DNA of 64,000 nt from NCBI RefSeq assembly GCF_006345805.1, contig NC_042997.1:66836001-66900000 (forward strand), given 5' to 3'. Source of the stretch: Octopus sinensis. Its lineage: Eukaryota. Below are positions 49,359-59,934 of the stretch, piece after piece (the first letter of the stretch is position 1; each line of letters starts with the position of its first letter). Both the position numbers and the translations under genes were made by a program. Under the pieces are notes generated by a model. The model had not been told where the DNA came from and searched no databases. It worked only from the letters and a program-made list of their open reading frames with translations.

Positions 49359-50866
49359 TGGTGAGTGAAAATAAGTTACAATCTTGGCGGGGTGAAAAAT
49401 TCACTGGAGAAAAAATCTTGTTTCATTTAAATGTTATGAAATATATAAGTTGTTTATTAGTGTTTCTTTTCAGTTTTCCTAGCATACCTCCCAACAAGGG
49501 TGGGAGAGGGCTATGTTTTTTACTGTTTAATCAAGGAGGGAAAGCAGCACTCATGCACCTTTATTATTATTATTATTTTTTTTTTTGTCAATGCATCTGA
49601 GAATTAAGGGAGAAAAGGAGTAAGTTATTCGCAAAGTTGATACCTGGTCTAACTGGTTGCTCCAGAGTAAAAGTGGTGGTGTTTAGCCAAACAATGGAGT
49701 GAATCTACTGTTGTGAACCTGTTAGAGAAATTTGGCTTTCCCAATGATGTCTGACTGTGGAGAATGTTATGTTGTGTCAGAGGACACAAGCTTTATTCCA
49801 AACATGAACTCAAAGGCCCCAAGAAACCACAATGCAAAGAGCCAGAAGGAATATCCTATAATGCACCTCTTCCAACATTAACATTTCTGTATTCCTTTGA
49901 TGGATATTTTATTTCATTGACTCTGAAAAGACGAAAAGGCAAAATTGATCCAGATAAGATTTGAACTCAAAAAGTAGAAAACTGGAACAAATGTCCCACA
50001 ATATTTTATCGCAAGCTCTGACATTTTACTAACTTGATATTGGGTTTAGTGTATGTTCTTGTGTGTATGAGTAAAACTCCAAAGAGACTGGGGTTGGTCT
50101 GCATTGGCAAGACATGAATTATTAATTATATTTGACAAAAATCAGCATTTTCCTGAAGAAGGACTCAGTTAGAAACATTTTCCACTCTTCACATCAAGTT
50201 CACTATTTTTGGCAATTTTACCTACATATATATATATATATTTATAAAGACCCCCTTCAGTCAAAAATGACCATGGGATTGCACCTAGAAAGTTCCACTC
50301 TAAGGCACAAGTCAGGGCAAGGTTGTTTGTAGAAGACTAGTAGTTGCTCGTGTATACCAGTCTCCCCTCTCTATGCCACCGATGTTGTCAAAGAGAAAAG
50401 CAAAGACTGATACAGCTTGGCATCAGTGACGTGGCAACTCATTTCCACAGCTGAATGAACAGGAGCAACATGAAATTGTCTTGTAATTGCTTCCATCTGA
50501 TGTGCGAAGTTAAGCTACTGTACATAGTCCCATGGTTTCGACTGTTGCCCAATGACCAATTTGTACAGGTGGGAATTTAGGTTGTCATGCAAAATACACC
50601 TTACTAATCTATTACCAATGCTAGGTTCAGTGGAATGCCTCTGAGCAGAGCAATTAGGACTCCGTATCAAAGCTTGTCTGACGTATTCCACATTTTCTGG
50701 GGTCCTTACCGTTTTCCCCCCCACTGATCTCCTATTCCTTTGTGTACCTTGTATATGAAGTGCATTCACCCAACATAAGATTGTGTCATGGGTGGGAACA
50801 GACTGATTTTGTTGAATATTGAAGTAACTCCGAAACTCGTGCTGAACTGCTGCAACAGACTCATTA

Positions 50867-53800
50867 ATGATAATAATGTTCGTCCTTCGGTTCGAAGATG
50901 ACCAACTGACATCATCTGATGGAACTGCCGCCATGAGACCGGAGGTGGCTGGTGAGGCCAATCCGGGCAAGGAAGCCCCTCCCACAGGTGGGGCAGAAGT
51001 GGGTAGGGGCAGTGCTACTGGTGCAGGCGGCTCTGACTTTACGCATCTGACGTTTCTGCTCCGCTGACCGAATCCGTCCCTCCTCGGCTGTCCCTGCTCC
51101 CACGGTGATTGCGCTGCGCCAGGATGAGCGGTTGGCAGCAAGTGTCTCCCAGGTCTCTGTTCCGATGGAGAAGTCTTTGAGAGAGACCTTGAGACTATCC
51201 TTGTAGCGCTTTTTCTGCCCTCCGACTTTGTGCCTGCCCTGGCCGAGTTCACCGTAGAAGAGCTGTTTTGGGATGCGAGTGTCGGACATGCGGGAGACGT
51301 GGTCCGCCCATCTCAGCTGGGCCTTGCGCATGATTGTGATGGTGCTAGGGAGATCTGCCTGCTTCAGAACTTCCGTGTCTGGGACTTTGTCCTGCCAGCG
51401 GATGTGAAGGAGATTCCGAAGACACCTGAGATGGAAGTGGTTTATCTGGCGCTCGTGCCTTCGGTAAGCAGTCCACGTCTCGCAGCCGTATAGTAGAGTG
51501 GTAAGCACGACTGCCCGGTAGACTTTCAGCTTGGTGTTGAGGCTGATTCCTCTCCGCTCCCAGACTTTCTTTCGCAGTCTCCCAAACGTGCTGCTTGCCT
51601 TGGAGATTCTGTTGATGGTTTCAGCATCTATGTTGGCATTGCAGGAGAGAGTGCTGCCCAGGTAGGTGAAGTTTTCCACCACTCGTAAGATCCGTCCGTT
51701 CACCCTTATCTGAGGCTCATGGTATTGTTTGCCGGGGGCTGGCTGAAACATCACTTCGGTTTTCTTTGCACTGATGGTGAGACCGAAGTTGTCACAGGCT
51801 GATGAGAACCTGTCCATCTCGAGCTGCATCTCCTGCTCATCGATTGCATTAAGGGCGCAGTCGTCAGCAAAGAGAAAGTCTCTGACGACTGTCTCCCTCA
51901 CCTTTGTGACAGCCTGCAATCTCCTGGAGTTGAAAAGTTTCCCGTCTGTCCTGTACTTGATGTTGATACCGGACTTGCAGTCCCTAAAGGCGTCGGACAT
52001 CATTGCCGAGAACATGATGCTGAACAGTGTTGGGGCCAGGACACAGCCCTGCCTGACTCCGTTGGTCACCTGGAAGGCTTCAGATGAGTCGCCGTCCTCA
52101 AGGATTCTGGCTGTCATTCCGTCGTGGAACTGGCGGACAATTGCAATAAATTTGCTGGGGCAACCAAATTTTCCCATGACCTTCCATAGTCCCTCCCGAC
52201 TGACTGTATCAAAGGCCTTGGTGAGGTCAACAAAGGTCATGCAGAGGTCAAGGTGCTGCTCCATGCATTTCTCCTGGAGCTGGCGGGCGGCGAATATCAT
52301 GTCAGTGGTCCCTCGACCCGCACGGAAGCCACACTAGCTCTCAGGGAGAAGGCCTTGCTCCAAGTGTTCCAGAAGGCGGTCAAGCAGGACCCGGGCCAGG
52401 ATCTTGCCTGCTATGGACAAGAGGGAAATACCTCGGTGGTTGTCGCAGGACTGCCGATCTCCTTTCCGCTTATAAATGTGGACGATTGTTGCATCCCGGA
52501 AATCTTGAGGGAGTTGTTCCCTGTCCCACATCGACTGGAACAGGCTGGTGAGCTGACTGATCATGGTGGGGCCTCCCGACTTGAACACCTCTGCAGGGAT
52601 GGCGTCAGAGCCTGGAGCTTTGCCGGTGGACATTTTTTTGATGGCTCTGCTCACTTCCCCGACTGCAGGGGGAACAGCCAACTCGTGGTTTGTCGGCACC
52701 TGGGGGAGTCGTGCGATGGCTTCCTCGTTGATCTGGGCTGGTCGGTTGAGCACGATGTTGAAGTGCTCCGCCCATCTCTCCAAGATCAGCCTCTTGTTAG
52801 TCAGGAGTGAGGTTCCATCTGAGCTGAGCAGGGGGGTTGATCCAAAGGAGAACTGCGGTCCATAGACAGCTTTCAGCGCCTCGTAGAATTTCTTGGTGTC
52901 GTGTTTGTCTGCGTATCCCTGAATCTCATCCGCCTTGGCGCTTAACCATGCATCTTGCATGAGGCGGAGTTTAGCCTGGACTGTGCTGCGAATGTTGTTG
53001 AAAGCGGCCTTCTTTGCTGTGCAGGTGGTATCATTTTGGTGAGCCCGCAGCAGACGGCGTTTCTCTTCCAGGAGCTTTTGGATTTCCTGGTCGTTTTCGT
53101 CGAACCAGTCCTGGTGGTTCCTCGTAATTTGGCCCAGAGTTTCAAGGGCGATGGAATGAACCGTGTCCCTGAATGATTCCCACTGCTCATCGATGCTGGA
53201 CTGGTCACTCCGAATGTCCAACAGCTTACTGTCCATACGTGACTGGAGATCTTGTGCAGTCAGCTGGTTCCTTAATTTCGTGATGTTAAGCTTCCTCGTC
53301 ACTTTCTGACCCTGTGGTCTTCTCTTAGGTCGGATGTAGAAATCCATCCTGGAGATGATGAGGCGATGGTCCGTCTAGCAGTCAGCTCCGCACATGGCTT
53401 TGACCAGTCTCACGTCCCGCCTGTCTTTCGCCCTGACGATGACGTAATCTATCAGATGCCAGTGTTTGGAGCGTGGATGCATCCATGATGTCTTGTTGCG
53501 TGTTGGCAGACGGAACAAGGTGTTGGCGATGGTAAGATCATGAGAGGCACACGCACGCAGGAGGAGCTGTCCGTTGCTGTTGCACTTTCCGATTCCTTGC
53601 TTTCCCAGTACGCGATGCCAGGCTTGGTGGTCAGTCTCGACACGGGCGTTAAAATCCCCAAGGAGGATGAGCTTCCAGGCTGGGCTGACGTGATGAGGGA
53701 GTCGAGTTCCTCATAGAACCTGTCCTTAACTTCTTCAGGGTTGGTCATGGTGGGGGCGTAAGCACTGATGATGGTCGCACTAGTCTTGTTTCCAAGTGGG

Positions 53801-54841
53801 AGCTGCATCTTCATCAGCCGATCGTTGATACCCTCGGGGGGGCTTTCCAGTTTCCGCACGTGTACTGACTTAATGGCAAAACCAACACCAGCCTCACGAC
53901 GCTCTTCGCTGCTGCGACCACTCCAAAAGAAAGTGTAGCTGCCGCCTGTCTCTGTCAGCTGGCCTTTGTCCGCAAGGCGGGTCTCGCTCAGTGCTGCAAT
54001 ATCGACACTGTATCGGCTCAGTTCTCTGGCCACCAGGGCAGTTCGTCTCTCTGGTCTGTCCGCTTTGGTGTTGTCAAGCAGAGTTCTCATGTTCCAAGTT
54101 GCGAAAGTGAGCACCTTTGTTTGTTTTCTTCTTTCTTTGTTTCGACCGCTTGGAAAGGATCCCCGCCAGCCGCGGTTTGCTGACCAGGGTGAGGTGAGGC
54201 AGGCTATGTTTAGGGCAACCTTTTCTAGCCCCGTCCTCATGCTGGGGAGGCGAGCAGAGCGATCCTGAAGAGGGCTGCTCGGTCACTCAGGAGGCTGCCG
54301 GACTCCACTGCTGCCTCAGTTCAGTGAGGGGCGACCACATGTCCTGAGCCGCCTGTGTGTGGGTTCACGACTGCAGCTCCCAGTGTATCCTCACCTGCTA
54401 CTTCGCCGTTTCCCCATCGCCACAGGACTTTGGGATGGTGTCATGGCGTCATGATGTCGTGACATGCGCGTGACTTGGATTATAGTGAGGGTGACTTGCG
54501 CAGGATCAGCCTCACTCTCTCGTCCTGGTGCGCCGGATCCAGTGGCAAGACAAAGTCAAGACGACTGGGGGTAGACCAAGATGCAGGAGCTGCCGGAAGG
54601 TGGCACGCATGGCGCAATCCAACCGCCTTAGGGGCTCCACTCCGGATTTTGGATGGCCATTGACTCATGAGAGAGTTCATCTGCCCTTTGACAGGTTTTG
54701 TTTTTAGTCCTGCTGGGTGTCCAAATCACCCTCCTCACCAAGAAATCTTGGTGGGGTTGCCAGTTTAGTCGCCAACGACCCGACCATGTAACAGGTTGTA
54801 CTGGGTTACATGTTACCAGTAGCTCCAAGCGGAGACCTGAC
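50867..54841 (-). mobile_element. Full-length RTE-clade LINE (family B), ~4 kb
   Basis: 12-bp TSD ACAGACTCATTA at 50855-50866 and 54842-54853, ~600-bp 5' UTR, and a single APE-RT ORF with a C-terminal zinc finger. Confidence 0.97.
50912..54240 (-). pseudogene. Disrupted APE endonuclease / reverse transcriptase ORF of RTE family B
   Basis: TWNMRTL, ALSET, SAYAPT, GDFNA, IDYV, DLTKAFD, QGCVLAP, FADD motifs. One frameshift at ~53680 and nonsense codons at ~53376 and 52334-52336. Confidence 0.95.
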
Positions 54842-55040
54842 ACAGACTCATTATTCTTCACATAACTGTCATAGGCAAACACGTGGTGCTCTATCGTCCA
54901 CCGCACCATGGCTTCACCTGAAAAGAAAAAAAAATTGCTAAGACACCATAGACCGAATGATACCGCTCAGACATATGTCCCTCCCACTGGGGCTGGGTAA
55001 TAGCCATTTCAAAAACGTCCGTCCTCTCTACCTCACCTTG

Positions 55041-55089
<49 letters not shown>

Positions 55090-55682
55090 CTGTGTGTGTG
55101 TGTCTATGTTTGTCCCCCCCTCCTCCATCACCTGGAGTTGGTGTGTATACATGCCCTTAATTTAGTGGTTCAGCAAATGTGACCAATAGAATAAGTATTA
55201 GATTTCAAAAATAAACCCTGGTGTCGCTTTGTTCGACTAAAATCCTTCAAAGTGGTGCTCTAGCATGGCATAGTCAAATGACTGAAACAAGTAAAAGAAT
55301 ATATATATTCTTTTATTTGTTTCAGTCATTTGACTGTGACCATGCTGGAGCATCACTTTTAGTCGAACAAATCGACCCCAGGGTTTATTCTTTGTAAGCC
55401 TAGTACTTATTCTATCGGTCTCTTTTGCTGAGCCAGTAAGTTACGGGGACATACACACACCAACATTGGTTGTCAAGCAATGGTGGGGGGAAAAACACAG
55501 ACACACAAACATATATATACGTTGGGCTTCTTTCAGTTTCTGTCTACCAAATCCACTCACAAGGCTTTGGTCGGCCCAAGGCTGTAGTAGAAGACACTTG
55601 CCCAAGGTGCCATGCAGTGAGACTGAACCTGGAACCATGTGGTTGGTAAGCAAGCTTCTTACCACACAGCCACTCCTCTGCC
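55090..55682. repeat. Tail-to-tail inverted SINE pair
   Basis: ...GACTGAAACAAGTAAAAGAATATA|TATATTCTTTTATTTGTTTCAGTC..., centred at ~55303. Confidence 0.85.
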
Positions 55683-56180
55683 TATATATAAGCATCTGTA
55701 AGCTAATGTAGTTTATTGCATAATTTGTAGTTACTTACTCATTTATGCTCTATTCTCAACAAACATTTCCTTTTAAAGCACATGTATATTGAGTTCTAAT
55801 AGCAGGTTATTAGTATCACTGTGTCTAAGCAAAATGTTAATATGTTTGTGTGTGTTGGCTTGTACAAAGGCATTTCTTGGGTTATGGAGGCATCACATTC
55901 TTAGTATTCTGGATTGCAAATTCTATTTTCTGAATAATTTCCATGTTAAAAATTATGATGCATTCCAATGAAATTTCTTCAGAAGAAAAAGAAGATTGTA
56001 ATGCAATCACTTTTATGTGTGAAAATAAAAAATTTTCAACACAACAGTACAGCATAAGAACATTTGAAGAGAGAGAGAGAGAGAGAGAGAGATATTACTG
56101 AGTGAATACAAATACAGTTACAACATAGTACAGTATTTAAGGTGGTGAATAAGTTGAATTGTTAGAATGTCAAACAGATT

Positions 56181-59100
56181 CATCATCATCATCATCATCG
56201 TTTAGCGTCCGTTTTCCATGCTAGCATGGGTTGGACGGTTCTACTGGGGTCTGTGAAGCCAGAAGGCTTCATCAGGCCCAGTCAAATCTGGCAGTGTTTC
56301 TACGGCTGGATGCCCTTCCTAACGCCAACCACTCCGTGAGTGTAGTGGGTGCTTTTTACATGCCACCCACACAGGTGCCAGACAGAGCTGGCAAATGGCC
56401 ACGAACGGATGGTGCTTTTTATGTGCCACCGGCACAAGGGCCAGGCGAGGCTGGCAACGGACACGAAACGGGGCGGTGCTGGCAACGGTCGCGAAACGGA
56501 AGGTTCTCTTACATGCCACCGGCACTGGTAACACATCTGCAATTTCCATTGATCGATTTCCATTCTGATCCTCACTTGGCTCAACGGGTCTTCACAAGTA
56601 GAGTTTCGACATGCCACCGGCACTGGTAACACATCTGCAATTTCCATTGATCGATTTCAATTCTGATCCTCACTTGCCTCAACAGGTCTTCACAAGTAGA
56701 GTTTTGTGTCCCAAGAAGGGAAGGTATGCATACGTAGGCTGGCTCCATCCCAAGTAGAAGGCCACGGGTTATGGACTCACTTGTCCTGCCGGGTCTTCTC
56801 GCGCACAGCACACTTCCAGAGGACTCGGTCTCTAGTCATTTCCTCAGTGAGACCTAAAGTTCGAAGGTCGTGCTTCACCACCTCGTCCCAGGTTTTCCTG
56901 GGTCTGCCTCCTCCACAGGTTCCCTCAACCGCTAGGGTGTGGCACTTTTTCACACAACTATCTTCATCCATTCTCGCCACATGACCATACCAGCGCAATC
57001 GTCTCTCTTGCACACCACAACTGATGCTTCTTAGGTCCAGCTTTTCTCTCAAGGTACTTACACTCTGTCAATTATGAACACTGACATTACACATCCATCG
57101 GAGCATACTGGCTTCATTTCTTGCGAGCTTACGCATATCCTCAGCAGTCACGGCCCATGTTTCACTGCCATGTAGCATGGCTGTTCGTACACACGCATCA
57201 TACAGTCTGCCTTTCACTCTGTGCGAGAGGCCTTTTGTCACCAGCAGAGGTAAGAGCTCTCTGAACTTTGCCCAGGCTATTCTTACTCTAGCAGTTACAC
57301 TTTCAGCACACCCGCCCCCGCTGCTGACTTGGTCACCTAGGTAACGGAAACTATCAACTATTTCTAGTTTTTCTCCCTGGAAAGTGACGGAAGTTGGTCT
57401 CAGAGCATTTTCAGTGTTTATTGTTCCTGAGCATCTGCCACATACAAAAACCATCTTCCTAGTTAGCCTTCCTTTGACATTGCTGCACCTCTTATGTGTC
57501 CATAGCTTACACTTGGTGCATCTTATAGAGTTTCTACCTACACCTTTTCTACAGATCGAGCAGGGCCATCTACCTGAAGGCGTTTGTGATTTGTCTACCT
57601 TCCTACTGATTACGACTTTGGTTTTAGCTAGATTGACACTGAGGCCCTTCGATTCTAATCCTTGTTTCCACACCTGAAACTTCTCCTCCAGTTCTGATAG
57701 CGACTCAGCAATTAGAGCAAGGTCATCAGCATAGAGGAGCTCCCAAGGGCATCCTGTCTTGAATTCCTCCGTTATTGCCTGGAGGACTATGATAAATAGG
57801 AGGGGGCTGAGTACTGAGCCTTGGTGGACCCCTACCTCTACCCGGAATTCTTCACTGTACTCGTTTCCAACCCTCACCCTACTAGCAGCGTCCCTATACA
57901 TGGCCCGCACAGCTCTCACTACCCATTCATCTATCCCTAGTTTCCTCATTGCCCACCAAATAAGGGATCGGGGGACCCTGTCGAAGGCTTTCTCCATGTC
58001 AACAAAAGCCAGGTACAGGGGCTTATCTTTGGCTAGGTATTTCTCCTGCAGCTGCCTTACCAGGAATATAGCATCAGTAGTACTTTTCCCTGGCACAAAC
58101 CCAAACTGCATCTCATCTAAACTAACTCTCTCTCTAATTAGTTGGGCTATGACCCTCTCCGTAACCTTCATCACCTGATCCAACAGCTTGATACCTCTGT
58201 AGTTATTTGTATCTAGGGCGTCATCTTTACCTTTGTAGCAGTTGACTATTATGCTGCTACACCAGTCATTGGGTATGACTCCTTTGTGTATCACCTGATT
58301 AACTATATGGGTGACTAGGCTATAGCCGACACTACCAGACATTTTGAGCATCTCTGCAGTGATTCCTGATGGGCCTGGGGCTTTTCTTGTCTTCATGCTT
58401 CTAATTGCCTTAGCTACCACGGAACTATCAACTCGGATAGCTGGTCCCTCTGTTGGGTCAACATTCGGCAGACTCTCTTTATCCCATTCATTTTCTTTAT
58501 TCAGCAAACTTTCATAGTGGCATCTCCAAGCCTCTCTCTTTGCATCCTCATTAAGCGCAAGTGAACCATCTTCCATGCGAACACACTTCTCTCCTACCAC
58601 ATCACGATTCTCTCTCACACACTGTCTTGCAACGCGAAACACCTCCAGTCTTTGGTCCTCACGGCGCAGAACATAGGCAAATTTTTTCTTATCTGCTTCC
58701 CCTCTGGCTAAATAAACCTGTCTCTTAGCTTCTCTTTTGGCAGTCTGATACAATTCCCTGCTACCCCCATTTTTCCAGACCTTCCAAGCTTGTCTCTTTT
58801 CTCTAATAGCCCTGTCTACAATATTGTTCCACCACCACGTTATTCTAGGTCGAGAAGGGACTTTGCACCAGTCACAGATCTGGTCAGTGGCTCTCAGCAG
58901 GTTGTCCCTTAGAAACGTCCAGCTGTCTTCTACCCCCTGTGATGCTCTATCCCCTTCTACTTCGTCAGAGGCTTCAAGTAATATGTCTCTAAATCTCTGT
59001 CCATTTGCAGGATCTTTAAGCTTCCAGATCCTTCTTCTCCATATTGGTCGTCTTCTGGTTGTCCTCCTAGTCCTGATCCTAAAGTCACTAACTACCAGTC

Positions 59101-59590
59101 TATGTTGTGGGGTACATTCTTCACCTGGGAAGGTTTTGGCATTTATAAGCAGCCATCTCTCCCTTTGCCTTGCAAGGATGTAGTCAATTTGGCTGGTATG
59201 TTGGCCCGATCGGTAAGTGACTAGGTGGCTGGTAGGTTTCCTGAAGTTAGTGTTGCAAATCATAAGATTATTTGCATCGCAGAACTCCAGCAGCCTGGTT
59301 CCCTCGTCGTTTCGGGAGCCGTAGCCTCCATGTACGTCATGGAAGCCCCCAGCATGTCGTCCAACGTGACCATTGAAGTCACCAGCCACAAAGATAAGGT
59401 CTCTGTCGTTCGTCAACGAGGTAGTCTGCAGTAGGGTGTCATAGAATCGGTCTTTCTGTCCATCGGGTAGCCCCGACTGAGGAGCATAGGCTGATATAAT
59501 GGTTGCTAAACTATGATGAAGCACTAATCTAATCTTAAGTATTCTGTCACATACTCTGATTACCTCAATTACTTTATCTACCCATTGCTT
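56181..59590 (-). mobile_element. RTE-clade LINE (family A), 5'-truncated within the endonuclease domain
   Basis: APE and RT ORF, repeat-containing 3' UTR and (ATG)n tail. Confidence 0.97.
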
Positions 59591-59602
59591 TGTGTTATTC
59601 AT
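57068..59602 (-). CDS. LINE endonuclease/reverse transcriptase polyprotein with internal Cys-rich insert; premature stop, frame continues in 56777-57052
   Basis: SAYAPQ, GDFNGH, IDYIL, DMEKAFD, QGSVLSP, YADD; insert CSIC..C..C..W.H..C..C..C. Confidence 0.93.
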   Translation of the reverse strand: MNNTKQWVDKVIEVIRVCDRILKIRLVLHHSLATIISAYAPQSGLPDGQKDRFYDTLLQTTSLTNDRDLIFVAGDFNGHVGRHAGGFHDVHGGYGSRNDEGTRLLEFCDANNLMICNTNFRKPTSHLVTYRSGQHTSQIDYILARQRERWLLINAKTFPGEECTPQHRLVVSDFRIRTRRTTRRRPIWRRRIWKLKDPANGQRFRDILLEASDEVEGDRASQGVEDSWTFLRDNLLRATDQICDWCKVPSRPRITWWWNNIVDRAIREKRQAWKVWKNGGSRELYQTAKREAKRQVYLARGEADKKKFAYVLRREDQRLEVFRVARQCVRENRDVVGEKCVRMEDGSLALNEDAKREAWRCHYESLLNKENEWDKESLPNVDPTEGPAIRVDSSVVAKAIRSMKTRKAPGPSGITAEMLKMSGSVGYSLVTHIVNQVIHKGVIPNDWCSSIIVNCYKGKDDALDTNNYRGIKLLDQVMKVTERVIAQLIRERVSLDEMQFGFVPGKSTTDAIFLVRQLQEKYLAKDKPLYLAFVDMEKAFDRVPRSLIWWAMRKLGIDEWVVRAVRAMYRDAASRVRVGNEYSEEFRVEVGVHQGSVLSPLLFIIVLQAITEEFKTGCPWELLYADDLALIAESLSELEEKFQVWKQGLESKGLSVNLAKTKVVISRKVDKSQTPSGRWPCSICRKGVGRNSIRCTKCKLWTHKRCSNVKGRLTRKMVFVCGRCSGTINTENALRPTSVTFQGEKLEIVDSFRYLGDQVSSGGGCAESVTARVRIAWAKFRELLPLLVTKGLSHRVKGRLYDACVRTAMLHGSETWAVTAEDMRKLARNEASMLRWMCNVSVHN

Positions 59603-59757
59603 TCCTGCACTCAGAATTCAAATAGTGCTAAGGTCGACTTTGCCTTTCTTTTCAGGGTTGATAAATAAAGAATGAGTCCTGTACTAGGGTTGATTTCTCT
59701 TTCTGTTTGTTTTTTTTTTCTTCTTTTCTCATCTGTTCCTCTTTCTGGAAAAGATAG

Positions 59758-59934
59758 TCTGTAATCACACTTGGAGAAAGATGGACTGCACCCAAGTCTA
59801 AAAATACCCAAGATGTACCATGTATCGTGACTGGACCCCCTACAACTCCATCAGGAGGGCCCACAGCAAGTGCTGTGCATATTCATCACAAAAAAGACAT
59901 CAACTGCTGTGTGATGGGAGGTGATGCAACATAA
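59758..59934 (+). CDS. Probable terminal coding exon of an unidentified gene
   Basis: Long polypyrimidine tract, then TAG| SVITLGERWTAPKSKNTQDVPCIVTGPPTTPSGGPTASAVHIHHKKDINCCVMGGDAT*. Unique sequence follows, with AATAAA at ~60503. Confidence 0.5.
   Translation, partial: SVITLGERWTAPKSKNTQDVPCIVTGPPTTPSGGPTASAVHIHHKKDINCCVMGGDAT

Larger units (their letters stand above)
50490..55040 (-). mobile_element. Tc1/mariner DD41D (rosa)-like transposon 5' relic, split by the RTE insertion
   Basis: Removing 50867-54853 restores MVRWTIEHHVFAYDSYVKNNESVAAVQHEFRSYF..VPTHDTILCWV..VRTPENVEYVR..RSP..S (DUF4817-like HTH). Left end is TA-CAAGGTG at 55040. Confidence 0.85.

Noticed and set aside
50515-51252. 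245-aa novel protein
   Set aside because: Read-through from an alternative LINE frame into the transposase relic.
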